Below are positions 32,220 through 35,484 of a stretch of 35,484 nucleotides of DNA, piece by piece. The stretch comes from an uncultured Candidatus Saccharibacteria bacterium. Its GTDB lineage: Bacteria; Patescibacteriota; Minisyncoccia; Phycocordibacterales; UBA9973. The notes under the pieces were generated by a model. That model was not told the DNA's origin, searched no databases, and saw nothing but the letters and a program-made list of their open reading frames with translations. The translations under genes and the position numbers were made by a program. The stretch lies in assembly GCA_964596395.1 (NCBI GenBank), contig CAZQSY010000007.1, forward strand, positions 1-35,484. Direction: 5' to 3'. Positions within the stretch are counted from its first letter, which is position 1, and every line of letters starts with the position of its first letter.

Positions 32220-33218
32220 ATGGTGCAATTAGGAGAAACTGTACAGGAGGTGCGGGAAGAACCCGGCGCAGAGCAAGAAGCCGAAAAAGAAATCGGCCAC
32301 GAGATTACGCTTTTCGCCGAGCCGGTATATCACGCGGGCGATTTTAAAGTCACCAACGCGCTTTTGACCAGTTGGTTCGCGGTGCTGGCTCTCGTGGTGC
32401 TCGCTCTATTTTTGCGTAAAAAACTCAGCGAGATTCCCAAAGGCATTCAGAATTTTTTTGAATTTATTATTGAAGGCGCGCTCGGTCTTTGCGACCAGGT
32501 GACAAATGACCGCAAACTCTCCGAGAAAATTTTTCCCTTCGCGATTTCCGCCTTTTTTCTGATACTTTTCAACAACTGGTTCGGCATCTTGCCGCTCGGC
32601 TGGGTGGGAATTTTGGAAGAAGGCGAGCATGGTCTTTCTTTTGTGCCGTATTTCCGGGGCGGAACAGCTGATATCAATACGACGCTTGCCCTGGCGATAA
32701 CTTCGGTGATAGGAGCGAACCTCTTTGGAGTTTTCTCTATTGGCATCTGGAAAACACTCAATAAATATGTTAACCTGAAGGCGCTCGGCGAAATTGGAAG
32801 GAAAATCAAAAAAGAGCCGACAGTGGTGCTGGTGGCTCCTATTACATTCTTTGTCGGACTGATAGAAATTGTCGGGGAATTCGCTAAAATTGCCTCGCTT
32901 TCTTTCCGTCTTTTTGGCAATGTTTTCGCTGGCGAGGTTCTTTTGGTTTCCATGGCGGCGCTGGTGTCTTATGTGGTGCCGATACCTTTTTTGTTTTTGG
33001 AAATTATCGTCGGCTTTATCCAGGCGCTGATATTTTCAATACTGTCGGTTGTCTATTTCACGATTAGCGCGAGTGACCATGAACACGAGCCTGCCCGCCA
33101 TGCTTCGCAAGGCGATGCGGGCGGGGAAGGGCATCAACACAATGAATATCATGAAAAACCCGCCCGAACGACTGAGGTCGTTCAGTCGGGCATGCATGAG
33201 GTCGTTATTACAAGTTAA
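32220..33218 (+). CDS. atpB: F0F1 ATP synthase subunit a with a His-rich C-terminal extension
   Basis: Essential-Arg motif SLSFRLFGNVFAGE. The canonical C-terminus-like VVYFTISASDHEH is followed by 43 extra residues. Confidence 0.92.
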   Translation: MVQLGETVQEVREEPGAEQEAEKEIGHEITLFAEPVYHAGDFKVTNALLTSWFAVLALVVLALFLRKKLSEIPKGIQNFFEFIIEGALGLCDQVTNDRKLSEKIFPFAISAFFLILFNNWFGILPLGWVGILEEGEHGLSFVPYFRGGTADINTTLALAITSVIGANLFGVFSIGIWKTLNKYVNLKALGEIGRKIKKEPTVVLVAPITFFVGLIEIVGEFAKIASLSFRLFGNVFAGEVLLVSMAALVSYVVPIPFLFLEIIVGFIQALIFSILSVVYFTISASDHEHEPARHASQGDAGGEGHQHNEYHEKPARTTEVVQSGMHEVVITS

Positions 33219-33443
<225 letters not shown>

Positions 33444-33458
33444 ATTGGTTTCTAGTCC

Positions 33459-33507
33459 CTAGGCCCCCGCCGCAAGGCGGGACACGGAGCGGCAAGCTCG
33501 GGCCTAG
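33459..33507 (+). other. GC-rich three-way-junction-like element between atpE and atpF
   Basis: Closing stem CTAGGCCC/GGGCCTAG around two hairpins: CCGCC-GCAA-GGCGG and GAGC-ggcaa-GCTC. No T-run follows. Confidence 0.55.
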
Positions 33508-33540
33508 CATCTAGCAGCTAATTAAAATAATTTTAATTGT

Positions 33541-34032
33541 ATGGAATCGATTATAGAAACATTTCACATAAGCTGGGGCGCGATGGTCGCGCAGGTTTTG
33601 AATTTCGGAGTGGTATTCGTAGTTTTATATCTTTTCGCCTTCAAACCGCTGGTAAAAATCATGAAGGAAAGAACCGAGAAAATACAGAGAGGAGTTCTAG
33701 ATGCTAAAACAAACGCCGAATTGTTAGCAAGCGCCAAGACGGAATATGAAAAAGCTCTGACCAAAGCCCGCCTGGAGGCCGACCGGATTTTTGAAGAAGG
33801 TAAGAAAGAGGCCGAAAAGAAGAGGGAGCAGATGCTCGGAGAAACAAAAGAAGAAGTGGCGGCCATGATTTTAAGCGGGAAAAATAATCTTCTGAACGAA
33901 AAAGAGAAAATGCTTAAGGATGTCCGCGCAGAAATTACGTCTATCTCGGTGAAAATCGCGGAAAAAATTTTGGGCTCAAAAATAGACGGGAGTTTTGGCG
34001 AAAAAACAATTAAAGAATTGGAAAACATATAA
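33541..34032 (+). CDS. atpF: F0F1 ATP synthase subunit b
   Basis: N-terminal TM helix followed by a long charged helix. Position in the operon. Confidence 0.88.
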   Translation: MESIIETFHISWGAMVAQVLNFGVVFVVLYLFAFKPLVKIMKERTEKIQRGVLDAKTNAELLASAKTEYEKALTKARLEADRIFEEGKKEAEKKREQMLGETKEEVAAMILSGKNNLLNEKEKMLKDVRAEITSISVKIAEKILGSKIDGSFGEKTIKELENI

Positions 34033-34038
34033 ATTAGA

Positions 34039-34449
34039 ATGGCAAGTTTATCGAACAACGACATAGCCCGGGCTGTGTACCTCGTATGCAAAGACAAAAC
34101 CGGCGCGAATATCCAGTCGGCGGGCCAAATGGTGGCGAGGTTTCTTTACCGCAAACGTTTGCTTTCCAGAAAGCGCGCCATACTTCTGAAGCTAGAGAAG
34201 ACAATAAACGAGGAAAATCAAGTGGTGTCGGCCGAAGTACGCGCGGCAGAGCCCCTTTCGGAAAATGCAAAAACAAAAATTCGGATTTTCCTGAAAGAGC
34301 GTTATCGAAGCAGGGAAGCGGTTTTGAAAGAAATCATAGACAAGAATCTTTTTGGGGGATTCAAGATAGAGGTAAAAGACGAAGTGATAGACCTGTCCGT
34401 AAAAAATAAAATTAAAAAATTACAAGAGCATTTAACCAGAGTATCATGA
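34039..34449 (+). CDS. atpH: F0F1 ATP synthase subunit delta (short form)
   Basis: C-terminal [23 protein letters not shown] matches the OSCP/delta signature. At 136 aa it is shorter than typical. Its stop overlaps the atpA start (ATGA). Confidence 0.8.
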   Translation: MASLSNNDIARAVYLVCKDKTGANIQSAGQMVARFLYRKRLLSRKRAILLKLEKTINEENQVVSAEVRAAEPLSENAKTKIRIFLKERYRSREAVLKEIIDKNLFGGFKIEVKDEVIDLSVKNKIKKLQEHLTRVS

Positions 34450-35484
34450 GTTTAAATCACATAGTAGAAAGTTTAAGAAAGGAGATAGACGAATTCGCGC
34501 TTTCTGTGAAAGCCGAAAAAGTCGGCCGTGTGCTGGAGGTTTTCGACGGAATCGCGAAAGTTTCGGGATTGTCTGACGTGCAGTCCTCAGAAATGGTGCT
34601 CTTTGCCGGAGGCGAGACGGGGGTGGCGCTCAACTTGGAAGAAGAAACCGTCGGTGTCATTATTCTAAGTGACTTTTCAAAAATTAAGGAAGGGGATGAA
34701 GTAAAGGCCACCGGCCGAATTCTGGAAATGCCGGTTTCCGCGGGCATTATCGGTCGAGTGGTGAATGCCCTTGGCGCGCCGATTGACGGCAAAGGCGCAC
34801 TTAAACTCGAAAAAACATACCCGATTGAAAAAGTGGCTCCGGGTGTCATAACCCGACTTTCCGTTTCCGAACCGGTGGCAACTGGCATTAAAGTAATTGA
34901 CTCGGCGATACCGATCGGCCGAGGTCAGCGCGAGCTTATTATCGGCGACCGGCAGACCGGAAAAACAGCCATAGCAATTGATACGATTCTGAACCAGAAG
35001 GGGCAGAATATGATATGCGTGTATGTTTCAATTTCCCAAAAGGACTCGAAACTGCGAAAGATTGAAGCCCGCCTAGAGGAAGGCGGAGCCATGGCTTACA
35101 CGGTGATTGTCTCGGCCGGTTCTTCTGAACCGGCGCCGCTCTCTTACATTGCCCCGTATACCGGCGCCGCGATTGCCGAATATTTTATGGACCAAGGCAA
35201 GGATGTTTTGATAATTTACGACGACCTTTCGAAACATGCTGTGGCTTACCGCGAAATTTCTCTTCTGCTTCGCCGCCCGCCGGGCCGTGAAGCATTCCCG
35301 GGAGACGTGTTTTATTTGCACTCACGGCTCTTAGAGCGCGCCTGCCGGCGAAACAAAGAGCACGGCGGCGGTTCTATTACCGCGCTTCCGATAATCGAAA
35401 CGCAGGCGGGCGACATCTCGGCCTACATACCCACGAACGTGATTTCAATCACCGACGGCCAGATTTTTCTCGAGACCGACCTTT
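34446..35484 (+). CDS. atpA: F0F1 ATP synthase subunit alpha (3'-truncated by the window end)
   Basis: My translation from ATG 34446 gives [14 protein letters not shown]...[16 protein letters not shown], Walker [41 protein letters not shown] and ITDGQIFLE. It is absent from the ORF track because it runs off the end of the window. Confidence 0.95.
   Translation, partial: MSLNHIVESLRKEIDEFALSVKAEKVGRVLEVFDGIAKVSGLSDVQSSEMVLFAGGETGVALNLEEETVGVIILSDFSKIKEGDEVKATGRILEMPVSAGIIGRVVNALGAPIDGKGALKLEKTYPIEKVAPGVITRLSVSEPVATGIKVIDSAIPIGRGQRELIIGDRQTGKTAIAIDTILNQKGQNMICVYVSISQKDSKLRKIEARLEEGGAMAYTVIVSAGSSEPAPLSYIAPYTGAAIAEYFMDQGKDVLIIYDDLSKHAVAYREISLLLRRPPGREAFPGDVFYLHSRLLERACRRNKEHGGGSITALPIIETQAGDISAYIPTNVISITDGQIFLETDL

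Overview
This 35.5-kb window is a compact, mostly housekeeping stretch of bacterial chromosome using the standard genetic code (TGA ends several genes at expected lengths). Gene content, short proteins and gene order suggest a Patescibacteria/CPR-like organism, but that is inference only.

Recognisable content:
- tRNAs: Ser(CGA), Glu(UUC), Glu(CUC) and Ile(GAU), plus a truncated tRNA-Ile 5' half.
- Cell division and cell wall: ftsA-ftsZ on the minus strand, and separately mraZ-rsmH-ftsL-like-ftsI-murF.
- Translation and related: rpsU, greA, lysS, gatB, rplY, rpmE, prfA, ybeY, obg.
- Start of an F-type ATP synthase operon: atpZ-like, atpB, atpE, atpF, atpH and a partial atpA.
- Redox and metabolism: trxB, an NDH-2-like oxidoreductase, class II aldolase, and an ArsR regulator next to an FAD-linked oxidase.
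- Nucleases: a DEDDh exonuclease followed by rmuC.
- Others: mscL, DedA, MYG1, an EamA transporter, an RRM RNA-binding protein and a secreted lytic transglycosylase.

I saw no CRISPR array, integrase or transposase.

The most unusual signals are non-genic:
1. GC-rich palindromic elements. One 93-nt copy sits in-frame inside the FAD-oxidase CDS. One 20-nt copy is precisely inserted into a duplicated tRNA-Ile 5' half, with the intact tRNA beside it acting as an empty site. Nested-hairpin copies lie in several intergenic regions.
2. A hicB-hicA cassette bracketed by a 75-nt direct duplication of the rmuC 3' end.
3. A well-formed small Lys-rich gene in an AT-rich islet next to tRNA-Glu(CUC).
4. 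A 353-aa protein carrying a beta-carbonic-anhydrase-type CxDxR/HxxC motif set.

All homology calls come from motif recognition by eye. No database search was run.
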